In this document: positions 45,696 through 54,272 of the stretch, in pieces | Layout of the letters: every line of letters begins with the position of its first letter | Position numbering within the stretch: the stretch's first letter is position 1 | Assembly (NCBI GenBank): GCA_031286205.1 | Contig: JAITUR010000003.1 | Location: 71,697 to 135,696 of the forward strand | DNA: 64,000 bases | DNA from: Treponema sp. | GTDB taxonomy: Bacteria > Spirochaetota > Spirochaetia > Treponematales > Breznakiellaceae | Direction of reading: 5' to 3' | Translations under genes and position numbers: made by a program | The notes under the pieces: generated by a model | What the model was told of the DNA's origin: nothing | Seen by the model: the letters and a program-made list of their open reading frames with translations, nothing else | Database searches by the model: none

Positions 45696-45723
45696 ATTAT
45701 AGTGTATTTTTAGGCAAATGCAA
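45696..45723 (-). promoter_or_regulatory. Putative sigma70-type promoter placed for a leaderless cyclase mRNA
   Basis: Minus strand reads TTGCAT (45723-45718), a 16-nt spacer, then TATAAT (45701-45696), then agtaat and ATG at 45689. There is no Shine-Dalgarno sequence. Confidence 0.45.
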
Positions 45724-45912
45724 CTTGATTTTCCCGATAACCTCGACTAATATTGAACGAGATGTTAAACAAATCACAAAAGTTTCCGACGAGCTTTTAT
45801 TTGTTAATTTTATAATCAAACCCAAACGAAGCCGATATAAAAGATTATATTATTCCCATATCCTATATTTAAGGCACTATTCACACCTTGTAAAAAATGC
45901 TATGCTTTTATA

Positions 45913-46623
45913 ATGAAGAAAAAACACTTATCTATTCTAGTAATTACAGTTTTCCTTGCAGTTTTAACCCTTTGGGGCTGTAAAGGAAAAGAAACCGGCT
46001 CTTCCCATTCTTTCGATAAAGATGCTTCCTACGCCCTTGGTATGGCCTATGGTACGGAAATAAAAAACAATATCGATATGAGCGGAATTGTCCCGGACTA
46101 CGATCAGTTAGTCAAAGGCTTTAAAGACAGTTTAACCGGCAATAAAATGCGGTTTGACTTAAACGAGGCTATGGGAATACTTGAAGAGGCATTTATTGCA
46201 ATGACAGAAGCAAGAAACATCGAGCTTGAGCAGGAAGAAAACGCCTTTCTTGCCGAAAATGCAAAAAAACCGGGTATCATTATTACTTCTTCGGGGCTTC
46301 AGTATGAAGTGCTAAAAGAAGGAAGCGGCGCCAAACCGGGTTTTGAAGATACCGTACTTGTAAATTATACAGGCACTCTTGTTGACGGTACTGTTTTTGA
46401 CAACTCGCAAGAACCTACGGAAATACCGCTAAGCAGAGTTGTTTCCGGCTGGGCGGAAGGCTTGCAGCTAATGAGTATTGGCAGCAGTTATATATTATAT
46501 ATTCCGTCAGAAATTGGTTATGGTCCTGAAGGATTGGTTAATCCAATGACAGGTATGCAGATAATTCCGCAGTACGCAACTTTAATATTTGAAGTCGAAC
46601 TTGTCGGTATAAATAAAGAATAG
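45913..46623 (+). CDS. FKBP-type peptidyl-prolyl cis-trans isomerase lipoprotein (FkpA/Mip-like)
   Basis: 236 aa. Lipobox LTLWGC. N-terminal helical dimerisation-like region. FKBP core GLQYEVLKEGSGAKP...VNYTGTLVDGTVFDNS...GWAEGLQLM...IPSEIGYG. Confidence 0.9.
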   Translation: MKKKHLSILVITVFLAVLTLWGCKGKETGSSHSFDKDASYALGMAYGTEIKNNIDMSGIVPDYDQLVKGFKDSLTGNKMRFDLNEAMGILEEAFIAMTEARNIELEQEENAFLAENAKKPGIIITSSGLQYEVLKEGSGAKPGFEDTVLVNYTGTLVDGTVFDNSQEPTEIPLSRVVSGWAEGLQLMSIGSSYILYIPSEIGYGPEGLVNPMTGMQIIPQYATLIFEVELVGINKE

Positions 46624-46632
46624 GAGATAAAC

Positions 46633-47346
46633 ATGAGAAAGATTTTTATTTTTACCTGCCTTTTTTTGGCGGTATTTGCTTTGCACGCAAGAGCTATTCA
46701 GGAAGACATTAATCTTGCAGAGGAAAAAGCCCAAGCAAGCTATGCTATTGGAATGATGATGGGCTCCAATTTACAATCAATGGGCATTGAATTAGATTAC
46801 AATGCTTATCTGGAAGGTCTAAAAGCGATCATGGAAGGCGCTGAACCTCAAATAGGCATGAACGAAGCTATGGAACTTACAGAAGCCGCCATCGATAAAG
46901 CCGAAGACAGAGCTGCAGAACATCAAAGATTAATTCAAGAAGATTTCTTATCAAACAACAGCGCAAACCCGGGAGTAAATGTAACGCCAAGCGGATTACA
47001 GTTCGAAATTATTTTAGAAGGATCCGGAGAAAAACCCGCTCCAAATGATGTTGTAAAGGTTATATACACAGGAGCCTTAATTGACGGCACTGTTTTTGAC
47101 AAATCGGAAGATACAGGTTCTTATATTCCTCTGGAAATGGTAATTCCGGGATGGGGAGAAGGATTGCAGCTAATGAATGTCGGAAGCAAACATCGTATTT
47201 ATATACCCGCAAATCTTGCCTATGGAAAAAACGGTGTCCGTGGAATTATTCCTCAGTATGCAACATTGGTTTTTGATGTTGAGTTAGTCGAAATTATGGA
47301 TCGCAGTGTCTTCTTTGCTGAAGATGTAATGGAATTCGAATTCTAA
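46633..47346 (+). CDS. FKBP-type peptidyl-prolyl cis-trans isomerase, secreted (tandem paralog)
   Basis: 237 aa. Signal peptide. FKBP core GLQFEIILEGSGEKP...VIYTGALIDGTVFDKS...GWGEGLQLM...IPANLAYG. The 16-aa C-terminal tail is encoded antisense to the phoR 3' end. Confidence 0.9.
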   Translation: MRKIFIFTCLFLAVFALHARAIQEDINLAEEKAQASYAIGMMMGSNLQSMGIELDYNAYLEGLKAIMEGAEPQIGMNEAMELTEAAIDKAEDRAAEHQRLIQEDFLSNNSANPGVNVTPSGLQFEIILEGSGEKPAPNDVVKVIYTGALIDGTVFDKSEDTGSYIPLEMVIPGWGEGLQLMNVGSKHRIYIPANLAYGKNGVRGIIPQYATLVFDVELVEIMDRSVFFAEDVMEFEF

Positions 47347-49120
47347 AAACAGAACCATCGCCGGTACGGCTTTCCACTTCGGCTTTTCCCTTATGAAGAA
47401 GGGCAATATGCCGGACGATGGAAAGCCCTAAACCGGTTCCCCCCGCTTCCCTGCTCCTTGCACGGTCTACCCTGTAAAATCTTTCGAAGATTCTTTCTAT
47501 ATGTTCCTTCGGTATGCCAATTCCCTTGTCGCGCACTTCCAAAAGAAGCTCATCATTTTCCTGTACAGCTTTTACCCAAATTTTAGAATCAGGCTGCGAG
47601 TATTTAATACCATTATCAATTAAATTGATAATCGCCTGAATAATAAACGAACCGTAAAGATTTGCTTTTAAGTTTTCCGGGCAATCCGTAATAATTTCTA
47701 TATTTTTTCTTTTTGCCTGAGGTTCCGCAGAAGAGACTGCTTCATTTATTAATTGATCAATAAATAACTCTTCTGTGTCGCGCAAGTTTACTCCGTTGTT
47801 TTCCAGATCTGCAAGCGCAAGAAGATCGTTTGTAAGATTTTCCATAATGCCGGCATTCTTTTGAATTATCTCTATAAAGTGAATAATTTGTTTTTTATCG
47901 CCGTCGTCTGTCACTGTATCAAACAAAGTTTCAGAAAAACCTTTTACAAGCTGAATGGGTGTTCTTAATTCGTGGGATACATTGGCGACAAAATCCTTGC
48001 GTATCCTTTCCAATTTTACAAGGCGCGTAATATCCTGCAATACCAAAACAACACTGCTTGCATCTGCAAGTTTCGCCGCATAAACCTGAAAATATTGCTC
48101 CGCGCCTGTTCTAAAAGCAAGCTCCATATCCAAAGAAGTGTCGGCAGCAAGCGCTTTTCTTGCAATATCTTCCAACTCGGTAGATCGTGTTGCTTCCAGT
48201 AAAGACATTAATTTAATATCACGATCTCCAAGATTAAAAAGCTCTCTTGCGCGAGGATTTACAAGATGCAGTTTAAGAGCGGAGTCCATTGCAAAAACAG
48301 CCTCGGACATTCCGTTAAGAATAGCTTGCAGTCTTGTACCCTCCGCTTTTGCCTGTTCAAAGCGCATATTTAATTCCGCCGTCATTGCGCGCAGGGATTT
48401 TTCCAAACTTCGGAATTCCGGCGCGACAAGTTCTTCCGCTTCAGGACCGGATAAAAGCGGCGCACTGCTCTGCACTATTTTTACAATCCTGCCCACTGAA
48501 TCCGCCAATGAACGGGAATAAGCGTAAATTGCGAAAAAAGCGATTATTGTCAACAAACATATATAAATAAAAAACGGCAAAATTACAGGAGAAACACGCA
48601 TCCCAAACCCGGGAACAGAAACAGAAACTCTAAACACTCCAATAACCTTGTTGTCTTCTTCGCCGTTATCGCCGGACAACCGGCTATAAACAGGGAGCGC
48701 ATGATAAATAAGCTTTTCTCCCAAACTTATCGAATTGCGGCGGGCGCTTGCTTCTTTGCCTTGTAAAGCGGAAGTTATTTCTTCGCGATTAATATGATTA
48801 ACAAGTCTGTCAAGTATATGAGAATCCCACAATACATAACCGGAAGGAGCAATCAAGGTAAGACGATACTCTCCTAATGTTTTTACGGGTAAATCAAGTC
48901 CTTGAATAAGAATTTCTGAATCGGAATGTTCTTCGAAGATTTGAATAATTCGATCTTCTCCAATAGCCGTAAAAAGAGTTGCAGCGGTTTTTTTAAGTCC
49001 AATGGCATTAATTTCATAATAAAGCGAATTCATAAAGACCATGGAAAATATTAAAAGCACCGCACTAAAAGCAAAAGCAGTAATACCAAGAGTAAGCAGG
49101 CTTTTTTTAAATACTGTCAT
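47294..49120 (-). CDS. phoR: Phosphate-regulon sensor histidine kinase (PhoR-like)
   Basis: 608 aa. TM helix, extracytoplasmic domain, second TM helix, PAS-like region. H-box FVANVSHELRTPI. HATPase motifs (DNGIKYS, DKGIGIP, GGTGLGLSIV). Last gene of the pst-pho operon. Confidence 0.8.
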   Translation of the reverse strand: MTVFKKSLLTLGITAFAFSAVLLIFSMVFMNSLYYEINAIGLKKTAATLFTAIGEDRIIQIFEEHSDSEILIQGLDLPVKTLGEYRLTLIAPSGYVLWDSHILDRLVNHINREEITSALQGKEASARRNSISLGEKLIYHALPVYSRLSGDNGEEDNKVIGVFRVSVSVPGFGMRVSPVILPFFIYICLLTIIAFFAIYAYSRSLADSVGRIVKIVQSSAPLLSGPEAEELVAPEFRSLEKSLRAMTAELNMRFEQAKAEGTRLQAILNGMSEAVFAMDSALKLHLVNPRARELFNLGDRDIKLMSLLEATRSTELEDIARKALAADTSLDMELAFRTGAEQYFQVYAAKLADASSVVLVLQDITRLVKLERIRKDFVANVSHELRTPIQLVKGFSETLFDTVTDDGDKKQIIHFIEIIQKNAGIMENLTNDLLALADLENNGVNLRDTEELFIDQLINEAVSSAEPQAKRKNIEIITDCPENLKANLYGSFIIQAIINLIDNGIKYSQPDSKIWVKAVQENDELLLEVRDKGIGIPKEHIERIFERFYRVDRARSREAGGTGLGLSIVRHIALLHKGKAEVESRTGDGSVFRIRIPLHLQQRRHCDP

Positions 49121-49130
49121 GTTATCTCTC

Positions 49131-49826
49131 CTATTCCGGCAGCCTTAATCGATACCCTACGCCGCGCACTGTTTCTATTATGTCGCCTGCTTCCCCAAGT
49201 TTTTTTCGCAGCCCAAGTATTTGCACATCGACAGAACGATCCGTTACAGGATAATCAGATCCTTTAATGGCGGAAATAATTTGATTACGCGAAAAAACAA
49301 TATCGGGATTTGATAAAAAATGTTTTAACAAGGCAAACTCTGTAGCAAAAAGTTCCAGTTTTTTATCTTTGTAAGATACGGTATGGCGGGCGGAATCCAG
49401 TTTTATATCTCCCTGCTGCCAAACAGTTGCAGACGATAAAGAGGTTCCCTCTTCCTGCCGCCTAATGCCTGCACGAACACGGGCAATTAATACTTTGGTA
49501 CTGTACGGCTTTACAACATAATCATCGGCTCCAAGTTCCAGTCCTGTTATAATATCCGATTCTTCGCCCTTTGCCGTTGTCATTATTACCGGTATATTTT
49601 TACATTGATCTATTTCTTTTATTTTTTTTAGCACTTTTAATCCGTCAATGCCCGGAAGCATAATATCCAATAAAATACAATTAACTTTTTTGGTTTTTGC
49701 TATTTTAAGTCCGTCTTCTCCTGTCTTTGCCTGATAAAGTATCCAGTTTTCCCCGGACATTGAATGAAAAAGCAGCTCTTGAATTTCCGGATCATCTTCT
49801 ATGATTAAAATCGATGCTTTAGTCAT
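49131..49826 (-). CDS. phoB: OmpR/PhoB-family phosphate-regulon response regulator
   Basis: 231 aa. Receiver domain (ILIIEDDPEI, ILLDIMLPGIDG, DYVVKP). Winged-helix domain (VDVQILGLRKKL...VRGVGYRL). Located between phoU and phoR. Confidence 0.8.
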   Translation of the reverse strand: MTKASILIIEDDPEIQELLFHSMSGENWILYQAKTGEDGLKIAKTKKVNCILLDIMLPGIDGLKVLKKIKEIDQCKNIPVIMTTAKGEESDIITGLELGADDYVVKPYSTKVLIARVRAGIRRQEEGTSLSSATVWQQGDIKLDSARHTVSYKDKKLELFATEFALLKHFLSNPDIVFSRNQIISAIKGSDYPVTDRSVDVQILGLRKKLGEAGDIIETVRGVGYRLRLPE

Positions 49827-50484
49827 TTAATTCCTCGCGCTTGCCTTCTATCATATAAATAATTGCTTCGCAAATATTTGTAATATGATCTCCAAGCCTT
49901 TCCAGTTGATTAGAAGTATGCAGAATTTGCATTGCGCTTTTAACAAGATCAGGATTCTTTTTCATTAACTTTAAAATATCTTCGGTAAGAGCGCCATGTT
50001 CTTCATCAATTATATTATCAATTGCGGCGGCTTCGCGGGCAGCTTTGGTATCCTGAGAAATAAAAGCGTTTATTGCTGCACGAAACATAACCTTTCCGGT
50101 TTCCGCCATCTTTTCCAGGCTTTCCTGAGCCCTAATGGGAGATTCCGTTTTTTTTGCAAGTTTCTTTGCGGCTTTTGCCAAATGCACGGCATGGTCGCCC
50201 ACCCTTTCTATATTGCCGGTAAGTTTAAAAATTGCAACCAACTCCCGCAAATCGCCTGCAACAGGGTGCTGGGTAGCAATAACATATGCGGCATCATCTT
50301 CTATTTTTAACTGGAGCGCATCCACAATTAGATCGTCTTCGCGTACTTTTTTTACAAGTTCTTTGTTGCCCGTTTTAAGCGCGACAAGCGCATTGCCAAG
50401 ATTTTCTTCCACCCTGGTTGCCATTGTCAAAATATCATGCCTGAGTTTTTGCAGTTCTTCTATTAAATATGTTCCTGTTCCCAT
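49819..50484 (-). CDS. phoU: Phosphate signalling complex protein PhoU
   Basis: 221 aa. Two PhoU repeats with the conserved E/D..ER.GD motif (NIERVGDHAVHLAK and NQLERLGDHITNICE). Confidence 0.9.
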   Translation of the reverse strand: MGTGTYLIEELQKLRHDILTMATRVEENLGNALVALKTGNKELVKKVREDDLIVDALQLKIEDDAAYVIATQHPVAGDLRELVAIFKLTGNIERVGDHAVHLAKAAKKLAKKTESPIRAQESLEKMAETGKVMFRAAINAFISQDTKAAREAAAIDNIIDEEHGALTEDILKLMKKNPDLVKSAMQILHTSNQLERLGDHITNICEAIIYMIEGKREELND

Positions 50485-50495
50485 AACTCCCCCAA

Positions 50496-51251
50496 TTATC
50501 CGAATCTGCCGGATATATAATCTTCTGTTCTTTTATCTCTTGGGTTTGTAAAAACCGTCCTTGTATCATTATACTCTATTAAATCGCCCAATAAAAAGAA
50601 AGCTGTTTTATCGCTTACCCTAGACGCCTGGTGCATCGCATGGGTTACGATAATTATACTATAATCCTTTTTTAATTCTCCAATAAGTTCTTCTATACGA
50701 CCTGTCGCTATCGGGTCAAGCGCGCTTGTGGGCTCGTCCATCAAAATAACCTCCGGCTCCATTGCAATACTTCTTGCAATACAAAGCCGCTGCTGCTGAC
50801 CGCCCGAAAGTGCGGCTGCCGGTTTTTTAAGCCTGTCTTTTACTTCTTCCCAAAGAGCGGCTTTTCGCAGAGAGGTTTCTACAATATCCGCTAGCGTATT
50901 TTTGTTTTTTACACCCTGCATTCGTTTGCCGTAGGCTACATTATCAAACACACTCATATTAAAAGGATTCGGCTTTTGGAATACCATGCCAACACGGCTG
51001 CGAAGTTCCGTAACATCCATATTGCCGTAAATATTTTCGCCGTCAATTAAAATTTCGCCTGTTATGCGGCACGAAGGTATAAGATCGTTCATGCGGTTTA
51101 ATACGCGGACAAATGTGGATTTTCCGCAGCCGGAAGGTCCAATACAGGCAGCCACTTCCTGCCTTCCCAAAGTAAAGTTAATGCTTTTTAGTGCATGAAA
51201 ATCGCCGTAGTAAAGATCCAGATTGCGAACATCTATTTTACTTTCGCTCAT
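50496..51251 (-). CDS. pstB: Phosphate ABC transporter ATP-binding protein
   Basis: 251 aa. Walker [10 protein letters not shown], signature LSGGQQQRL, Walker [12 protein letters not shown]. Typical PstB N-terminus ([13 protein letters not shown]). Confidence 0.95.
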   Translation of the reverse strand: MSESKIDVRNLDLYYGDFHALKSINFTLGRQEVAACIGPSGCGKSTFVRVLNRMNDLIPSCRITGEILIDGENIYGNMDVTELRSRVGMVFQKPNPFNMSVFDNVAYGKRMQGVKNKNTLADIVETSLRKAALWEEVKDRLKKPAAALSGGQQQRLCIARSIAMEPEVILMDEPTSALDPIATGRIEELIGELKKDYSIIIVTHAMHQASRVSDKTAFFLLGDLIEYNDTRTVFTNPRDKRTEDYISGRFG

Positions 51252-52081
51252 AACGATCCCCTTATTTTTCTGCTAAAATTAGCAGTTAATATTTTTGTTG
51301 CTGTATTTATAATTATTACAAGAATAATCAGAACAGATGCGGTTGCGAATGCAATGCCAAAATCTTCGGGGCGTATTGCTTCGTTTGTAAGGTAGTAAAG
51401 ATGTATTGTAAGCGTTCTGCCGGAGTCAAATATCGAGCGGGGCAAATTCTTTGACAGCCCCACCGTAAGCAGAACGGGAGCGGACTCGCCAATAACACGG
51501 CCTATAGCCAAAATTACCGATGTTAAGATTCCCGGCAATGCAGACGGCAGCACTACATGAACAATTGTCTGAAACTTTGTCGCACCCAATGCAAGAGAAC
51601 CTTCGCGGAAACTATTTGGTATAGATTTTAAAGATTCCTCCGTGGTACGAATTATTACCGGCAGAATCATTATGCTAAGCGTAAAAGCGCCTGCAATAAT
51701 TGACTGCTCTAATTTTAATATCCTGCAAAATACCAGCAATCCAAAAAGCCCGTATATGATAGAAGGAATCCCTGCAAGAGTTTCTATTGCAAGACGCAAT
51801 AAGCGGATTATAGGAGAGTTCCCCGAATATTCATTTAAAAAAATAGCCGATGCCAAACCAATCGGCAAAGCAACCGCTATGGAAACCAATACTACATAAA
51901 GAGTTGTTACAATCATTGGCAGAATACCTGTCTCTGCGTTGGTAAGAAAACTTAAATTCAAATACCCCGCCTGAGAGCGGAATATGTAAAGTATTACAAA
52001 CAACAATGAAATAATAACGACTACCATTGCAGTTGTCATAAGCCCATACATTAAACTGTCTAATATTTTTCGCTTTTTCAT
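51248..52081 (-). CDS. pstA: Phosphate ABC transporter permease PstA
   Basis: 277 aa. [15 protein letters not shown] and [26 protein letters not shown] motifs. Position in the operon. Confidence 0.9.
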   Translation of the reverse strand: MKKRKILDSLMYGLMTTAMVVVIISLLFVILYIFRSQAGYLNLSFLTNAETGILPMIVTTLYVVLVSIAVALPIGLASAIFLNEYSGNSPIIRLLRLAIETLAGIPSIIYGLFGLLVFCRILKLEQSIIAGAFTLSIMILPVIIRTTEESLKSIPNSFREGSLALGATKFQTIVHVVLPSALPGILTSVILAIGRVIGESAPVLLTVGLSKNLPRSIFDSGRTLTIHLYYLTNEAIRPEDFGIAFATASVLIILVIIINTATKILTANFSRKIRGSL

Positions 52082-53403
52082 AATTCATGCTCCATTTTAC
52101 GGCGATACCACAGTATAAGACTATTAAGTATCAAGATAATAGAAAAGAGAGCTACCCCTATCGAAAACAACATTTCGCCGTGCCTGCCTGATGCATAACC
52201 CATCTCCATTGCTATTGTAGAAGTTAAAGTTCTTACACTTGCCAAAGGATTTATTGTAAGATGAGGCGAATTCCCCGCCACAAGAATTACCGCCATAGTT
52301 TCGCCTACCGCACGCGAAATGCCGAGTATCACGCCGGCGATTACCCCCGAATTTGCATGAGGCAGAACAACCCGCCAGGAAGTTTGCATCTTGCTTGCGC
52401 CTAAAGAAAGACTTGCTTCCCGCACAGCAAGAGGAACCGCTCTTAAAGAAGTTTCTGCAATAGTTATTACCGTTGGCAGAATCATAAGCGCAAGCACGAT
52501 AATTGCCGAAAGCAAAGTATTGCCTGACGGAAGATTAAAGGTTGTTCTTACAAAGGGAACAATTACCATAAGGCCAAAAAAGCCGTAGACTACAGAAGGA
52601 ATTCCTGCAAGGAGCTCTACACCCGATCGCAAGATTGCCGCCATCTTCGGCTTTAAAAACTCCGCCATAAAAAGAGCGCATAACAAGGCGATTGGCACTC
52701 CCAAAAGAATTGCACCAAAACTTGCCAAAAGAGTTCCAATAATCATTGGGAATATGCCGTATACTTTATCTCTGCTTGGCCGCCACTCCAGCCCGGAAAC
52801 AAATGCTCCAAGGCTGTACGCCGGCTCCGGTAATATAATATGTATTTTTTTTCCCAGTGATGCAATAATTGCAGGCCAGTTTACAGTTGTTACATAGTTT
52901 TCAGGATATAAAATATCTATATCATCGCTGCATATTATAGAAAGCATTTCTTTTGGGTCTTTTTCGTTATAATTTATATAAATTTCCAGTAAAGATTCGC
53001 CTATTAGAATTTTTTCTGTTTCGTTTTCATCTTCTGCCAGAAAATCGTCGTCGTAATAATCGTCCCAGTCGTCGCTATCCCAGTTGTCCCAGTCCCAATC
53101 GTCATCCCAATCATCGTCCCAATCATCATATAAATCTTCGTATATTGGAATTTTAATTGTTATTTTTTCGGTGTTTTTTGGAATATCAATAAAAGTGTTA
53201 TGATCTATATAAGAAATATCATTAACTGTAAGTTCGTCTATTCTTTCTGCAACAAGGCGAATACCCGAATGCGTGGGTGTAAAAAAGGGAATACTGCCCT
53301 GTACAAAAACAAACAGCAAAATAGCCCCCAATGCCAAAACGGAAAAGAGGGCTACAATGCTGAATAGATGTTTAAAAAAAACATCTGTAAATTTTCGATT
53401 CAT
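52078..53403 (-). CDS. pstC: Phosphate ABC transporter permease PstC carrying a ~150-aa insertion after TM1
   Basis: 441 aa. PstC core (FGAILLGVPIALLCALFMAEF, EASLSLGASKMQTSWRVVLPHANSG). Between TM1 and the next helix lies an extra segment containing YDDWDDDWDDDWDWDNWDSDDWDDYYDDDFLAEDENE. Confidence 0.9.
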   Translation of the reverse strand: MNRKFTDVFFKHLFSIVALFSVLALGAILLFVFVQGSIPFFTPTHSGIRLVAERIDELTVNDISYIDHNTFIDIPKNTEKITIKIPIYEDLYDDWDDDWDDDWDWDNWDSDDWDDYYDDDFLAEDENETEKILIGESLLEIYINYNEKDPKEMLSIICSDDIDILYPENYVTTVNWPAIIASLGKKIHIILPEPAYSLGAFVSGLEWRPSRDKVYGIFPMIIGTLLASFGAILLGVPIALLCALFMAEFLKPKMAAILRSGVELLAGIPSVVYGFFGLMVIVPFVRTTFNLPSGNTLLSAIIVLALMILPTVITIAETSLRAVPLAVREASLSLGASKMQTSWRVVLPHANSGVIAGVILGISRAVGETMAVILVAGNSPHLTINPLASVRTLTSTIAMEMGYASGRHGEMLFSIGVALFSIILILNSLILWYRRKMEHEL

Positions 53404-54192
53404 TTAGCGCGCAGGAATCCAGCCGTTATCACGAACAATTCTTTGTCCACGGCTGCTTGTCATCCAGCTTACAAAAGCGGTGGCATTGCGGGGAGCATTG
53501 CTTCCTGTAAGAACGATAAACGGGCGTGCAATTTTATATGTGCCGTTTTGTACATTTCTTGAAGTAGCCTCAACCCCTCCAACATTAAGCGCTTTAATTG
53601 TATTGTCAACCGAGCCAAGCGAAATATAACCAATCGCATCCGGGTTTTGTGCAATACCGGCTTTGATAGCGCCTGTGCTTGTCGATTCATTTGCGCCTCG
53701 AACAAGCCTGCCCTGAAAACCTATGATTTCTTCGAAAGCGCCCCTTGTGCCGGATCCTTCCTCGCGGCTTACAACCGCAATTCTGCCGCTCTTTGCGCCG
53801 CCGGAAACCTGGCTCCAGTCGGTAATTGCGCCGGTGTAAATATCACGAATCTGTTCGATGGTAAGATTGTTAACAGGATTATTACTGTTTACAATAACGG
53901 CAATACCGTCGATAGCTACAATAACTTCCCTTAACCCTTGCCCTTTTTCCGCGGGGGTAAGTTCTCGGCTGGACATACCAATATGATAAAGCACGCCCGC
54001 ATTTTTGATACCATCGCCGGATCCCGTTCCGTTAATGTTTACCTGAATACGGGGATTTTGCGCTTTATACGCCGTGGCAAACAACTCCATAAGAGGTGTT
54101 ACAGATGTAGATCCGCCCACTTCGATAGTCTGTGCAAATACTCCTGCAGCGACCATAACCGCCATTAAAAATGCCATTACCTTAATCTTCAT
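53404..54192 (-). CDS. pstS: Phosphate ABC transporter substrate-binding protein PstS
   Basis: 262 aa. Signal peptide. GSTSVTP, GTGSGDGI and EEGSGTRGAFEE motifs of PstS-family binding proteins. AAGGAG Shine-Dalgarno sequence upstream. Confidence 0.9.
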   Translation of the reverse strand: MKIKVMAFLMAVMVAAGVFAQTIEVGGSTSVTPLMELFATAYKAQNPRIQVNINGTGSGDGIKNAGVLYHIGMSSRELTPAEKGQGLREVIVAIDGIAVIVNSNNPVNNLTIEQIRDIYTGAITDWSQVSGGAKSGRIAVVSREEGSGTRGAFEEIIGFQGRLVRGANESTSTGAIKAGIAQNPDAIGYISLGSVDNTIKALNVGGVEATSRNVQNGTYKIARPFIVLTGSNAPRNATAFVSWMTSSRGQRIVRDNGWIPAR

Positions 54193-54237
54193 AATTCACT
54201 CCTTAAAGTATAATTTACTAAAAGGGTATTTTATCCG

Positions 54238-54265
54238 TGTTAGGAAGATGTAAAAGAATTGTTAA
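54238..54265 (-). promoter_or_regulatory. Pho-box-like triple direct repeat upstream of pstS
   Basis: Minus strand reads TTAACA-attct-TTTACA-tcttc-CTAACA: three hexamers at exact 11-bp periodicity. This matches the Bacillus-type PhoP-box pattern TT(A/T/C)ACA-N5. It lies 46-73 nt upstream of the pstS ATG, with TATACT at 54212-54207 as a candidate -10. Confidence 0.5.
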
Positions 54266-54272
54266 AATTTGG

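Noticed and set aside
45909-45914. TATAAT hexamers immediately next to other start codons (overlapping the FKBP ATG at 45913; also 40249..40254, 2 nt before the CPBP ATG)
   Set aside because: The distances are incompatible with leaderless initiation. This shows that -10-like strings arise by AT-rich composition near starts, so the two leaderless candidates reported above are kept at low confidence.
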